Source: Podarcis cretensis (lineage: Eukaryota). From it: a stretch of DNA of 64,000 bases. The translations under genes were made by a program, and so were the position numbers. The first letter of the stretch is position 1. The number at the start of each line of letters is the position of its first letter. The DNA is taken from contig OX638154.1 of NCBI GenBank assembly GCA_951804945.1, positions 77,748,001-77,812,000 on the forward strand, read 5' to 3'. Below are positions 1 through 14,039 of this stretch, in pieces. The notes under the pieces were generated by a model. The model saw only the letters and a program-made list of their open reading frames with translations, was not told the DNA's origin and did not search any database.

Positions 1-2
1 TT

Positions 3-120
3 TCTTATACTGTGATTCACCTTCCAAGCCTGCATTGTCTACACTGGCTGGCAGCAGCTCTCCAGGATTTCAGACAGCGACCTCTCCTAGCCTTAACTGG
101 AGATGTCAGGGATTGACACT
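3..120 (-). mobile_element. Squam3-like squamate SINE fragment
   Basis: Motif tgtctacactggctggcagcagctctccagg...ggagatgtcagggattga recurs at 14.6 kb and, reversed, at 23.9 kb; family name from recognition. Confidence 0.55.
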
Positions 121-679
121 CATCTAACCTCCCTCTGGCTCAGATCTTGAGGTCTACCAGGACAGAGAACAGGAGGGGCAAGATAGTGGTGAGTTCAGCA
201 CAGTGCAAACACACCAGTGGAGCCAATTTGGTGCCCCTGCCTGTGTGTTTGCACTGCACTGACCTCCCCCACTTCTATCTCAGAATGCAGCAGCAACTCA
301 GCCAAAGGGAGATAAGTTCAACAGAACGTATTCCCAGGTAAGTATGTCTAGGTTTGAAGTCGCACTGCATCTTACACAGAGATGGACCAATTTCTCCTTT
401 CACTCAAAAACATTTTTGCATCAAAATTCTGCTCTGGCTGTCTGTAGGTAACTTTATATTTAAAGATGCAGCAATGCATGGGATTCATTAAATTTCCTGT
501 TTAAACAAATGTGAAACTTGAGAATGTCAGTGTCAGCAAAAGACGCCCTGAAATCCGGTTAGAGAAACACTCCCAAGAGAAACAAAGAACGGCTCAACAA
601 ATACGTTGTTATGAAATACAGCAAGGGTGGCAGGGACACAAGCACAAAGCAAAGGGGTTAGCAAGTATATAGACAAATA

Positions 680-931
680 CAGTGGTACCTTGGTTTAAGA
701 ACAGCTTAGTTTATGAACAACTTGGATTAAGAACGCTGAAAACCCAGAAGTAGGTGTTTTGGTTTGTGAACTTTGCCTTGGAAGCAGGACATGTTTCGCT
801 TCCTGTTGAGTGTGTTCCATTTGTAAACTGAGTCCCCCACTGCTATGGGAAAGCATGCCTTGGTTTAATAACGCTTTGGTTTAAGAACGGACTTCTGGAA
901 CGGATTAAATTCGTAAACCAAGGTACCACTG
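680..931. mobile_element. Tc1/mariner-pogo (Tigger-like) MITE
   Basis: TIRs cagtggtaccttggttta / taaaccaaggtaccactg, with TA on both sides. Confidence 0.85.
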
Positions 932-1302
932 TATATCTATTTCCAAAATGGGAACAAAGAACACACCATTCCTTAAGTCTCTAGTCCTTGATTTAAACTG
1001 AATGGTTTTTAATAGGAGTGATTAAAAGGTAAAATAGACATTTTTAGAATTTGATCAGCTCCTTATGCAGACAAAGTTCAAACTACCTTGCCAGTGCAAA
1101 ACCCATTCAATGAAGCACCACGTGTCCAAGAATGTCCAGAAATGTTCCATATCCTTCAGAATGAAGGCGCAGAATTTTTCCTCAAATGAAACTAACATAT
1201 GACATGATAAATAAGTATTAAAGCTAGGGCCTTGACTCTCATTTCTTCTACAGTGATTCCTTTTTAGCTCGCTCCCCCCCCCCATTTTTATTCATTCCTG
1301 CT

Positions 1303-4300
1303 GTTGTTTAGTCGTTTAGTCGTGTCCGACTCTTCGTGACCCCATGGACCAGAGAACGCCAGGCACTCCTGTCCTCCACTGCCCCCCGCAGCTTGGTCAG
1401 ACTCATGCTGGTAACCTCGAAAACACTATCCAACCATCTCGTCCTCTGTCGCCCCCTTCTCCTTGTGCCCTCCATCTTTCCCAACATCAGGGTCTTCTCC
1501 AGGGAGTCTTCTCTTCTCATGAGGTGGCCAAAGTACTGGAGCCTCAGCTTCACAATCTGTCCTTCCAGTGAGCACTCAGGGCTGATTTCCTTCAGAATGG
1601 AGAGGTTTGATCTTCTTGCAGTCCATGGGACTCTCAAGAGTCTCCTCCAGCACCATAATTCAAAAGCATCAATTCTTCGGCGATCAGCCTTCTTTATGGT
1701 CCAGCTCTCACTTCCATACATCACTACTGGGAAAACCATAGCTTTAACTATACGGACCTTTGTTGGCAAGGTGATGTCTCTACTTCTCAAGATGCTGTCT
1801 AGGCCTGTCATTGCCCTTCTCCCAAGAAGCAGGCGTCTTTTAATTTCGTGGCTGCTGTCACCATCTGCAGTGATCATGGAGCCCAAGAAAGTAAAATCTC
1901 TCACTGCCTCCACTTCTTCCCCTTCTATTTGCCAGGAGGTGATGGGACCAGTAGCCATGATCTTCGTTTTTTTGATGTTGAGCTTCAGACCATATTTTGC
2001 ACTCTCCTCTTTCACCCTCAATAAAAGGTTCTTTAATTCCTCCTCACTTTCTGCCATCAAGGTTGTGTCATCTGCATATCTGAGGTTGTTGATATTTCTT
2101 CCGGCAATCTTAATTCCAGCTAGGGATTCATCCAGCCCAGCCTTTCGCATGATGAATTCTGCATATAAGTTAAATAAGCAGGGAGACAAAATGCAGCCTT
2201 GTCGTACTCCTTTCCCAATTTTGAACCAGTCAGTTGTTCCATATCCAGTTCTAACTGTAGCTTCTTGTCCCACATAGAGATTTCTCAGGAGACAGATGAG
2301 GTGATCAGGCACTCCCATTTCTTTAAGAACTTGCCATAGTTTGCCATGGTCGACACAGTCAAAGGCTTTTGCATAGTCAATGAAGCAGAAGTAGATGTCT
2401 TTCTGGAACTCTCTAGCTTTCTCCATAATCCAGCGCATGTTTGCAATTTGGTCTCTGGTTCCTCTGCCTCTTCTAAATCCAGCTTGCACTTCTGGGAGTT
2501 CTCGGTCCACATACTGCTTGAGCCTTCCTTGTAGAATTTTAAGCATAACCTTGCTAGCGTGAGAAATTAGTGCAATTGTGCAATAGTTGGAGCATTCTTT
2601 GGCACTGCCCTTCTTTGGGATTGGGATGTAGACTGATCTTCTCTAATCTTCTGGCCACTGCTGAGTTTTCCAAACTTGCTGGCATATTGAATGTAGCACC
2701 TTAACAGCATCATCTTTTAAAATTTTAAATAGTTCAGCTGGAATACCATCACTTCCACTGGCCTTGTTATTTGCAGTGCTTTCTAAGGCCCATTTGACTT
2801 CACTCTCCAGGATGTCTGGCTCAAGGTCAGCAACCACACTACCTGGGGTATATGAGACATCCGTTTCTTTCTGGTATAATTCCTCTGTGTATTCTTGCCA
2901 CCTCTTCTTGATGTCTTCTGCTTCTGTTAGGTCCTTTCCACTTTTGTCCTTTATTATGGAAATCTTTGTACGAAATGTTCCTTTCATATCTCCAATTTTC
3001 TTGAAAAGATCTCTGGTTCTTCCCATTCTATTGCTTTCCTCTATTTCTTTGCATTGCTTGTTTAAGAAGGTCTTCTTGTCTCTCCTTGCTATTCTTTGGA
3101 AATCTGCATTCAATTTCCTGTATGTTTCACGATCTCCCTTGCATTTTGCTTGCCTTCTCTCCCCCGCTATTTGTAAGGCCTCATTGGACAGCCACTTTGC
3201 TTTCTTGCATTTCCTTTTCATTGGGATGGTTTTCGTTGCTGCCTCCTGTATAATGTTACGAGCCTCCATCCATAGTTCTTCAGGCACTCTGTCCACCAAA
3301 TCTAAATCCTTAAACCTGTTCCTCACTTCCACTGTGTATTCATAAGGGATTTGACTTAGATTGTATCTTACCGGCCCAGTGGTTTTTCCTACTTTCTTCA
3401 GTTTAAGATTGAATTTTGCTATAAGAAGCTGATGATCTGAGCCACAGTCAGCTCCAGGTCTTGTTTTTGCTGACTGTATAGAGCTTCTCCATCTTTGGCT
3501 GCAGAGAATATAATCAATCTGATTTCGATGCTGCCCATCTGGTGATGTCCATGTGTAGTCGTCTCTTGTGTTGTTGGAAAAGCGTGTTTGTGATGACCAG
3601 CTTGTTCTCTTGACAGAACTCTATTAGCCTTTGCCCTGCTTCGTTTTGATCTCCAAGGCCAAACTTGCCAGTTGTTCCTTTTATCTCTTGACTCCCTACT
3701 TTAGCATTCCAATCCCCTATAATGAGAAGAACATCCTTCTTTGGTGTCACTTCTATAAGGTGTTGTAAGTCTTCATAGAATTGGTCAATTTCAGTTTCTT
3801 CAGCACCAGTAGTTGGTGCATAAACTTGGATTACTGTGATGTTAAAAGGTCTGCCTTGGATTCGTATCGAGATCATTCTATCATTTTTGAGATTGCATCC
3901 CAGTACAGCTTTTGCCACTCTTTTGTTGACTATGAGGGCCACTCCATTTCTTTTACGGGTTTCTTGCCCACAGTAGTAGATATGATGGTCATCCGAACTG
4001 AATTCACCCATTCCCGTCCATTTTAGTTCACTGATGCCCAGGATGTCAATATTTATTCTTGCCATCTCATTTTTGACCACCTCCAACTTACCCATGTTCA
4101 TGGTTCTTACATTCCAGGTTCCTATGCAATATTTTTCTTTACAGCATTGGACTTTCCTTTCGCTTCCAGGCATATCCGCAACTGAGCGTCCTTTCGGCTT
4201 TGGCCCAGCCGCTTCATCAGCTCTGGATCTACTTGTACTTGCCCTCCGCTCTTCCCCAGTAGCATGTTGGACGCCTTCTGACCTGAGGGGCTCATCTTCC

Positions 4301-4517
4301 AGCGTCATAACTTTTATATGCCTGTTGTCTTTGTCCATGGAGTTTTCTTGGCAGGGATACTGGAGTGGCTTGCCGGTTCCTCCTCCAGGTGGATCACGTT
4401 TGGTCAAAACTCTCCACTATGACCTGTTCATCTTGGGTGCCCTGCTCGGCATAGTTCATAGCTTCTCTGAGTTCTTCAAGCCCCTTCGCCACGGCAAGGC
4501 AGTGATCCATGAAGGGG
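1303..4517 (-). mobile_element. Full-length Bov-B (RTE clade) LINE, ~3.2 kb
   Basis: APE domain (IGTWNVRT, LGISELKW, IIGDWNAKVG) and RT domain (FIDYAKAFD, GVRQGCILSP, LRYADD). Bov-B-type 5' UTR and short 3' repeat tail. 11-bp TSD tcattcctgct at 1292-1302 and 4518-4528. Confidence 0.97.
1308..4338 (-). pseudogene. Bov-B endonuclease/reverse transcriptase ORF, disrupted
   Basis: Three ORF pieces (3514-4407, 2643-3332, 1308-2546) join into one ORF. Breaks are a 2-nt frameshift near 3557 (KRRL-YTWTSP lost) and a TGG>TAG stop at 2643-2645 (WPED*RRSVYIPIPKKG). Confidence 0.9.
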
Positions 4518-6337
4518 TCATTCCTGCTACTTAGACAAATTTGCTTTCTTTAGATTAGAGGTGAGGAATCTCAGGGCTGGGGGCTAAATGTGGCCTTCCA
4601 GGGCCGTCAGAACTCCCTGAATCAAAGTGTTTTTGCTTGGCTATAATGTATTTGGAATGCCTGGCCAGAATTCTGATAATGCCTCTTGCTTGTCTGGATG
4701 GAGAACAAATAGGTGTGTGAAGAAACTAGATAAGGGTAAAATTTACATTTGTTGTTTCACTCACTCTCTCCTTGCCCTCCACTGGCATGTAACCCTCAAA
4801 AGGCTTTCCAGAAATTAATGTGGCTCTTAGGTTGAAAAAGATTTTCCCTCTTTTGCTTTAGATCATGCATTTCTCCAATGTTTCTTAAAATAATATTCCG
4901 TTTGTGGGGTACTAATGCCACTTGCTTCTGAAGCCACTTGCAAGACAGACTATAATGAGTTGAAAGAATGCAGTGGATAGCAGGCAAAGAGAAGCCTTCA
5001 GCTAAGATGCAGCTACCATGTGAATGTTGTAACAGTGTGGTGGTTACAAAGACACAAATCTGTAAAATGTTGGAGGATATTAAGGATCAGTATCTGGGAA
5101 GGCAGATTTTGCAGCTAGCAAATGGGGATGAAAAAGCTAAGCAGGTCTGAACTAGTAGCAATGGTATCAGCAGCAGAACATCTCACAGCACATGACCTTT
5201 TTGTTGAGCATTTTTCTCAATTTGTTTGCAGATGGATTAGTAAACACTGGCTATTTAAGAAGCATTCTGATCTGTTTGTGGGGAGGTTGGATGATCCCAC
5301 ACTTTCCAGTGCACTGTCCTCTCACTTTCCTGATAACAAAAAGTCCAATCTGGGGGGGGGGTGAATTTGCTATGCAAGACCTCCTAATCGTCTATAAATG
5401 TGCAATTTGCTGCTCTCCAACTGAGTCCCAGACTCAGAATAGTAACAATCTGAAAGAGCCCCAGGACAAGGGCTGTTCATACAGCCCAAGATGTTCATAC
5501 AGGTTTTTCTTTGCATATAGTGCCAAACTAGAAGCAGATACTATAGTTGCATAACATGAGAGTCTTTGAGTTGCAGAACTATAATCATAAATCTAAATAC
5601 AATAGCGATTACGCTAACAGAGCAACTTCTAAATCAGCAACAGAGAAACTGAGATCAATATGAGATCAAGACCTGAGAAACAAGAATATTAATGCATGCA
5701 TTCAGTACACACAGAAATCATGTTCGGCTCCTGCAAAAGATCAAATGAATTATTATAACACACCTAGGTTGCTTCACTGATAATCTGCAATATGTTGCAC
5801 AACTATACTTTCATTTTATGACTGCTCACAGCATCTGTTTTTAACATCGCCATAGCACACAGCAATAAACTGTGTCATTTCCTTAATAAACCCTAGGTGT
5901 TTACACAGTCTGCAAGTTCGCCAAGTAAACAGACAGCATAAGGAGGAACTTTAAACATAATTATTTTAGCTTTCAAGGAAACATGAGCTTCAAAATGCAT
6001 TATTTAAAAATAAAATTAAATACCTAAAATTGCATTTAACATTCTACATACAAGTGATTTGTCGAAGACATATGTATAAAAAGGAAAACCCCGCATTTTG
6101 CATTTCAGGTTTTCAACAGATCACTAGATACTGGATTAAGAAACAGAAGGCAATATGGCTTCACCCCCCATCCCTTAAGTTTGGTTGCCCTTCATCAGAG
6201 ACAAGCCTTTCGTGTGGCAGGCCCTATGCTGTAGAACTCCCAATCTGTACAGGTTTGGCAGTATCTATGCCTGCCTTATTTGAGACATCTTCTGAAAACT
6301 ACATTGTTCAAACAGGTCTTTTTTTAAAACAAACCAG

Positions 6338-6900
6338 TACATAAGTACACAATAATCACCTGCTGGATGAGGCCAATGGCCCATCTAGTCCAGCATCCTG
6401 TTCTCACAGTGGCCAACTAGATGCCTGTGGAAAACCAGGGAGCAGAACATGAGCATGAAAGATTCCTCTCCAGCCATTGGTATTTGGGAGCATGGCTGCC
6501 TCCAGCTGTGGCAGCAGAGTGAAGCCATCATGGTTAGTAGCCATTAAGAGTCCTCTCCGTGAATTTGTCTAATCCTCTTTTAAAGACATCCAAGGTGGAA
6601 TCTACACACATATTAAAAACGTTCTGAAAATGCTTTTTTAAAGCATGGTACATTGAATTTTCCATCGTCATCCAGTGTCACATTGTATATTGAACTTAAA
6701 ACACACTAAAAATGTTTTATTTGCTGCTGTATAGCTGAGTGTCAAGCTGATGGCCGTCACTGCATCCTGGGGGACTGAGCTCCATAGTTTGACCCTGTGT
6801 TTGGTGGCTGGGAAGAAGGTAAATTCCATGCTATGGATCATTAGGAAATAAAACTGCCAATATCATAATGCCATTATACAAATCTATAGTGCAACCACAT
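6338..6900 (-). mobile_element. CR1 LINE 3' fragment(s), interrupted
   Basis: ggccaatggcccatctagtccagcatcctgttctcacagtggccaa is the reverse complement of a sauropsid CR1 3' end; boundaries approximate. Confidence 0.55.
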
Positions 6901-7344
6901 AGGGACAAGTATCATTGCCCTTCCATAGGTTCTCAAAACCTATTGCTGTATTAAGCTTGCTTTGTTGCCAGCTCGATTTTTCATTTATTTAAGCCTGAGC
7001 AGTTTTGCCTTAGGCTGCAAACCAATTCACACTTGAAGTGATTCCCTAAGTGGCTGTTAATTGCGGACCCAAAGCTGCTCAAGTGCACATTTAATCCAGA
7101 TTTCCCATTTAATCCAGATTTACAATTTCTGCAGAAAATCCAGCAATTAAACAAAACCCATGGAAAGAGTGGATCTGAATTTAAATGGGGAGGGATATGG
7201 GAAAGCATTTTGATGATGATAATGATGATGATGATGACAATGATGTTGTGTAGAATATGCAGAAAACTTGCAGGCACAAGCAGCACTGAGTGCACAGTAA
7301 ACTGTATTGTGGAAGTGTTCTTACTTGCAAAGGAATGTGCATAA

Positions 7345-10300
7345 GACTGGGTTCTAAGGGGACAAATTTAATTCAGTTCACATTTAAAGGTGAGCCTACA
7401 TAATTCACACTTTCTGAAACAGTATGCGAACTGAAATGCAGCTGTCCCTTTGAAATTCATACTTATTTAAATTTTGAATAGCAGTTCTCCAGTTCTCTTG
7501 TGGGCAAGAATGATATACTGGGGTGAAGTGCCCATAAAAACTCATATAAATGAAAATAACACAGAAAAATGCATTATTTTAGGTGAAACTGCTTTGCAAA
7601 AGTGTGTGCATTTGGTAAAATTGCATATCAAAATGTGTATGTTAGGAGACTAAACTGCTGGTGAATGTTCATGAAGACTTGAAAAGAAGGCATGTTGATG
7701 ATGTAATGCAAAAAAATTAGAAACAGTGATAAATGAAATGGACAAATCTGCCCATCCCTAGCTGTAAGTGGTTTCATTTCTTTAAAACATTGTCCCTCTG
7801 CCCTCTGCCCAGTGTACAGCTAAACAATTTCCCAGAATAGTACCCTGCAAAGAGGAAAATCAGACAAGAGGAGCCTAGGAATACTGACTCCACAGTGGGA
7901 GTGCGTATTAATCAAAAGGAGCAATGTAATAAGGAGAGAGAGGGGAAACAAGAAAAACACTGCAGCCACTGTTGTATTCTTGGCATCGAGCCCACATGGA
8001 CACAATTTCACAAGACAACATTTTTACTAATGCTGGGCTCCAGCTTTTGCCGTGTCCACAAAAAAGTGATGCCAATTCACATCCGTTTCTGAAAAGCAAA
8101 TTACCTAGGATGTCACAGGTTTTCAAGCATTTCAGAATCCTGCAACTGGATTAAAGCAAGCAATAGATCATTTGGCATGTTCTATCTATGTATCATATTC
8201 ACAAGACCACATTCTGCCTCTTGGGTACCATAGTCAAACCAAACAACAAGCAGCATTATAAAATGGTGACTATAAAGCCTTTGCAGCTAAATAAATTAAA
8301 TTTTCACTCCTGTACTGGAAAAGGTTGATAATTCTAGAAGGAGGGTTATCATTTTTGTTGTTACTATGTTATGTATTTTTGCGTTTTTTATATTGTAAAC
8401 CAAATTACTCAAACAAGGCAAAGTGCTCCTTGCATGAATATTTTCAATACACTGTAATTTACAGGAAGTCTTTTCAAAAAGGGTAGCTAAGCAAAGAAGA
8501 AATGAACTTGTATGCAGAATACATTGTGAAAAGAAAAGGAAAAAAGCTCCAAACCACAAAGTATTCAGTGACATGAAAAAATGCTGAGGAAAAGGGCCAA
8601 GGGATTAGACTAAAGAGAAGTGGCTTTCAAGCACTAGGACATAGTTTTGCACATATTAGAGATAACTAGTCTAGACAGGAGTAGGGTGGTGTGGATTCCA
8701 AGTGCTCCTTCAAAACCAGACCCTGAGTGGTAGTGACACTTTCTGGTCAATATTAAAGGGCAAATGCATATTTCCAAGTTTGTTCGTGTTTAAGGGAACT
8801 CCTTCTGTTTTCTTTTTCTTTTTAGTATTTTAAAGATCCAAAGGAACAGCAATCTGAACTGAAGGACACATTAGAGTATGCATTCCCTATTGTCAAGCAC
8901 CTTCTTTCGGTGTATCAGTGACCAAGCACTTTAGCCTGAGGAGCTGTATTCTGTTAGCATTCAGATGTTCAGATGCTACTCAAACACTACAAATGGCAAG
9001 GCTTTTTCCCAGAGCAGCTTGGTAATTACCTGTAGGTCTGTGAAAGGTGCCAACAATTTCTAAGTGATTTTTCAACATCTACAGCAAATGTCAGTTCCCA
9101 TAATTATTTGGGGGAACCCATGACAATTACTCTAGTATGATTAAAAAACCCAAAAGTGTGTACCGTATTTATTTTATTTTAAATATTTATAAACTGGACC
9201 AGCAGTATAACAATAAAACATAAATCACATTGCATATCATTATGTTACAACATATAATCTAAAACTAATAAGAAAGCCCCTGCAAAATCCTATAATACAT
9301 TACAATTTAATTTAGCTAGCATAAAACCATTTCCAAAGCTGAAGAAGTAAAATAATAAAATAGTACCATGTCTAACAGACACACTGCTGTAGATATGCTA
9401 TGAGAGAAAAATGCAAATAGTAGTTTCTAATTAAAAACAAAGGTGGTTGTGTTGGTCCATAAGAAAAAGCTGCAGTCCATAGTGGGTAATGCCTTTATTA
9501 TAAGTAGGGATGGAAGAGGAATTTGTACTTTTTGAAATGACAAGCAAAACACAATCATCCTTCAAAATTCACATTCCTCTGAATTTTGTGATGAAGTCCT
9601 CCAGCCAAACAATATTTACAAGAGAAAATGCATATATTAGGGGAAAGTGTGGACAAAAATATATTTATGAAAATAACATAGAAGATGCATTATATCAGAG
9701 AACATTAGTTGTAAAAATATGAAAATTAGTCAAATTGCATACAAAAGTGCTGATGTATTTTTGTGATGATTTTTTAAAAGTAAAAAGCTGCAGAAATGTG
9801 ATTTAGAACTGAATTTCAGATTGGAAATATGAGAAACTGAGAGAAACAAAATTGGCAAACCATTCAACTCTTATTATGACCGACCAAAAAGTCACAAAAA
9901 TAGGACTTGAAAATAGAAAACTTGAGTTTTCTAGATCACTTCAATGGTCAGGATGTTACTCAAAGCAAGGAGTGACAGAATGAGAAAAGACAACAAAATA
10001 ACAAAGGTACAAAAATAAAGTTAGATGTTGTAGCAATGAGGTCGGTTTGTTCTCAGGCCTATGACATCTAGCCTAACTGTTATATTTCCTTTCTTCTCAT
10101 TCCATCACCTCCTGCTTCACATAACATCTTGCCTGATTAGGACTTCTGTCACATTTTTGTGACTTTTGGTTGGTCCTAATAACTGTATCTTCATCTAACT
10201 GTGGACTTCATAGTAAATTCTAGGGACCGCAGGTGGTGCTGTGGGTTAAAGCCTCAGCGCCTAGGGCTTGCCGATCGAAAGGTCGGTGGTTCGAATCCCT

Positions 10301-12103
10301 GTGGCGGGGTGTGCTCCCGCTGCTCGGTCCCAGCGCCTGCCAACCTAGCAGTTCGAAAGCACCTCCGGGTGCAAGTAGATAAATAGGGACCGCTTACCAG
10401 CGGGAAGGTAAACGGCGTTTCCGTGTGCGGCTCTGGCTCGCCAGAGCAGCGATGTCACGCTGGCCACGTGACCCGGAAGTGTCTCCGGACAGCGCTGGCC
10501 CCTGGCCTCTTAAGTGAGATGGGCGCACAACCCCAGAGTCTGTCAAGACTGGCCCATACGGGCAGGGGTACCTTTACCTTTACCTTTAATAACTGTATCT
10601 TCATCTAACTGTGGACTTCATAGTAAATTCTACCCTGCTAGCCACCCTGAGAATATAAACGCATGTTGACAGTGTAGGATATAAAATAAATAACTAATCT
10701 TTGCTGGTATTCTTGACTTTGACTAAATATTCACTCTACTTCTTTTATTCTCATGATGGAACTTTGTGGTCAGAAACCACATGAAATCTTGTTCTGAATG
10801 TCTCTTTATATTCATGTCCTTTTATTGTTGAGGCTAGATAGGAAACAATATTGGAACATAGTGCCAGGAGAAGCTTGATCAAATAGCTGCTATTCTCTTT
10901 CAGTAGGTACCTAAGTAGCTAGGAAAGAGTTAGAAGAATGGCTAACTGTATACAGATTAATGTGGATGTGTTTGGGTAATTTATGGGGTATCACGTCTAT
11001 TTTTATTTTTGTAAAACTGAAAGAGCAATTAGTAATAATCACAAGGAAGATTACAGCTGTTGGAGAAACCACAATGTGGGTTGATTACTTCCTTCAAGAC
11101 TGCATATCTTTAAACTCCCAATCTGTGTGTAAACCTTTGAAATAGTCCTCATGAAAACAGCATTTTACAGGATTCTTTTAGAAGAAAGAAAATGCTTCTT
11201 TCATCAATTTATTTTCCTGAGTCTTTATTTGTGTGCACCAGATTATTTTGTATTAGTCATAAGGTTGAAGAGAGAAAACTACAGGTTGTAACAGTGGAAT
11301 AAATATTTTGTTTGGTGCCCATGAGCATTTGGGTAGCATGTTACTTTGGGAAGCACACTATGAGTGAAATATTTTTAAAACAGTGATAAGGCTATCACTT
11401 TAGGTAGCTGTCCTATTTTCTCTCTGCATCATTCCTTCAACTTTTCCAGTTTATCTACACCTATAAACATTTCTGAAAAACCTAAAAGCACAAACTTTCC
11501 ACAACCCAGCCTGGTTTATAGATGAAGGACAATATATGAACTAGAATAATAGAAAAAGCATTGCTCCATTTCTTCCATTGTCCCTACTATTACTGTTGCT
11601 CTCCAACTTTGAATACAGACACATTGCCCTCAATAGCCCTACTTTGCACATTTAGCATAATGGAACAGGTATGTTGGACTGGATGAAGGGGACGAATTCA
11701 ATTTTGTTCTATTTTAGTGAGAAAATCCCTAATCCACACTTTCAGAACCAATGTGTGAACCAAAACACAATAATTATTCAGAACTTGCACTTCTCTGAAT
11801 GCCTGATGCAGTGCCCATCTACATAATGACTACAAAATGCATATATTAGGGGAAAGTGTACAGAAAAATGCATGTATTAGTGAAAATTACATACAAACCA
11901 CATTGGATTAGGGGGATTTGCTTGCAAAAATGTGATAACATTCAAAACTGCATACATACAAAAATGCGATTTTTAGTAGAAATTTACACTTAAATGCTGG
12001 TGAATTTTCATGAGGATTATTGCAGAAATATGAAGAACTGGATTCAAGATTGGAAATATTAGAAACTGAGAGAAGCCAAAATGGACAGATTCATCCACCC
12101 CTA
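7345..12103. repeat. Three degraded copies of one non-autonomous DNA element (~7345-7760, ~9505-9870, ~11670-12103)
   Basis: Shared internal motif aatgcatatattaggggaaagtgt / gaaactgagagaa; TAGGGATG...CATCCCTA-like ends. Confidence 0.5.
10223..10586 (+). mobile_element. Sauria SINE (full length)
   Basis: tRNA-like head with B box ggttcgaatccc; (ACCTTT)n tail; 46-bp direct repeat on both flanks (10177-10222 and 10587-10632). Confidence 0.95.
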
Positions 12104-13537
12104 GCAAGTTTACAGTGCCACGATTCCTTCTTGGTATCACATATACAAGTGCACAGTCACACAGAGAAAGGCTAGCATTAACTAAGCCATATCATTTCAG
12201 GCATTTTATGTACACATTCTCCATGAGGCCTGATGAATGTGCACAATGGCTGGTTATGCACAGAGACCATTCAACTCACATTACCCCTAACATATACACA
12301 CATTTTGCTGGGCATGTTCACACTTGTCACTTTTCCAGAATGGTTGTAAAAAGCAGGTTATAAAGAACAACATTGATATATATATAGAGAGAGAGAGAGA
12401 CGGACGATTTCCTCTTTCATATCTGTGAGTTACGTGAGCAATTTCCGAGTCACAACTAAAGAATGCTTTCCTATTACGGTATATGGTCAAACCTGGAATG
12501 TTTATGAGAATGTAGTTTATCGTGCCAGCAATCCATACTCATGATTACTATATCATTGGAGAAACAAGAGCAAGTCCAGGCCTGAACAGTTTCTACCTGT
12601 GGGGCTGCCTGGATTTTGATAGCTATTACAGTATATCTTGTATGCGGAAAGAATCAGAAACATAGTAGTAGGAATTTGGCTAAGGGAGACTGCATCACAT
12701 GTTCATAACATTGCATTTAAAAATAATTAAGACAGAATATTTGCCACATTATCCTAACTCAATCACCAATCGTTTTGTGTTAATCAGTATGTATTTTCTG
12801 CTGGTACACACACAGCACTCAAAGACTTTGATATAGGTAAGGGATCAGACAATAGGAATAAGCTGTTCCTCCACTGTTGTTCAGAAAGGCCCCCCTTAAA
12901 ACTGCTTTATCCTCTGTGTTTTTAGCCACATTTTAACATTAAGTCTACACTGACATGAAAACTGGTAAATCCTAGCTCAGTTGGGCTTCAGACGTAGTTG
13001 CTGACTCGGATCTGTACTGGTACATGATAGGCTATGGACTGCAGCCTTAACTACATTATCTAAAATAAAAGAGCAGTCCAGACCCTTGATCCACTGTACT
13101 GGACTGCTGGAGGGAGTCCGGATGCTATAATAATAAGAAACAGAACTCATCAATCATTAACAGCACATAGAATTCACCATCCCTGTTAAAGGTAGACCTG
13201 CTCTCATAAGACTACTGTGGGCAGGGACAGAAGTTCCAGCTTTAAAAAACCAAAACCATTCCTTGTTATCTATAAGTGTAGGAAAGAGGGGAATGAGCAT
13301 CAGGTTTTAAAATTCAAACTAAGTGTCAGGGTCTGCTCCAGACAGTGGGTAAAGAATGCCCCAGATCTTATTTTTTGTACTACAGTAACATGGGTCTGGT
13401 AGTGCAGTAGTACCAACACTCCCATACACAGCTAAAGTGGCACAGGCATGTGGAAGAAGACATTATTGGCAATGTCAAAGACTACCCCATAGGAGTCCAT
13501 AAAACTTGATACAACTATATTACATTAAGTAATGTGG

Positions 13538-13973
13538 TTTTCCCAGTAGTGATGTATGGAAGTGAGAGCTGGACCATAAAGAAGGCTGATCGCCGAAGAA
13601 TTAATGCTTTTGAATTATGGTGCTGGAGGAGACTCTTGAGAGTCCCATGGACTGCAAGAAGATCAAACGTATCCATTATTAAGGAAATCAGCCCTGAGTG
13701 CTCACTGGAAGGACAGATCGTGAAGCTGAGACTCCAATACCTTGGCCACCTCATGAGAAGAGAAGACTCCCTGGAAAAGACCCTGATGTTGGGAAAGATT
13801 GAGGGCACAAGAAGAAGGGGACGACAGAGGACAAGATGGTTGGACAGCGTTCTCGAAGCTACAAACATGAGTCTGACCAAACTGTGGGAAGCAGTGGAAG
13901 ATAGGAGTGCCTGGCGTGCTCTGGTTCATGGGGTCACGAAGAGTCGGACACGACTAAACAACTAAACAACAAC
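13538..13973 (+). mobile_element. 5'-truncated Bov-B LINE
   Basis: Encodes the RT C-terminus, nearly identical to the 1.3-4.5 kb copy (VFPVVMYGSESWT...GVTKSRTRLN); (CAA) tail; TSD aatgtgg at 13531-13537 and 13974-13980. Confidence 0.95.
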
Positions 13974-14039
13974 AATGTGGGTGTACTAGTTGGAGGGTTC
14001 TCAAGGTGGGGCTGGTGGACTTTGTCACTGTTTGGATTC

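Noticed and set aside
1336-2277. 313-aa plus-strand ORF (also 2764-3345, 4034-4534, 13515-13880)
   Set aside because: Antisense shadows of the Bov-B coding sequence; no independent protein features
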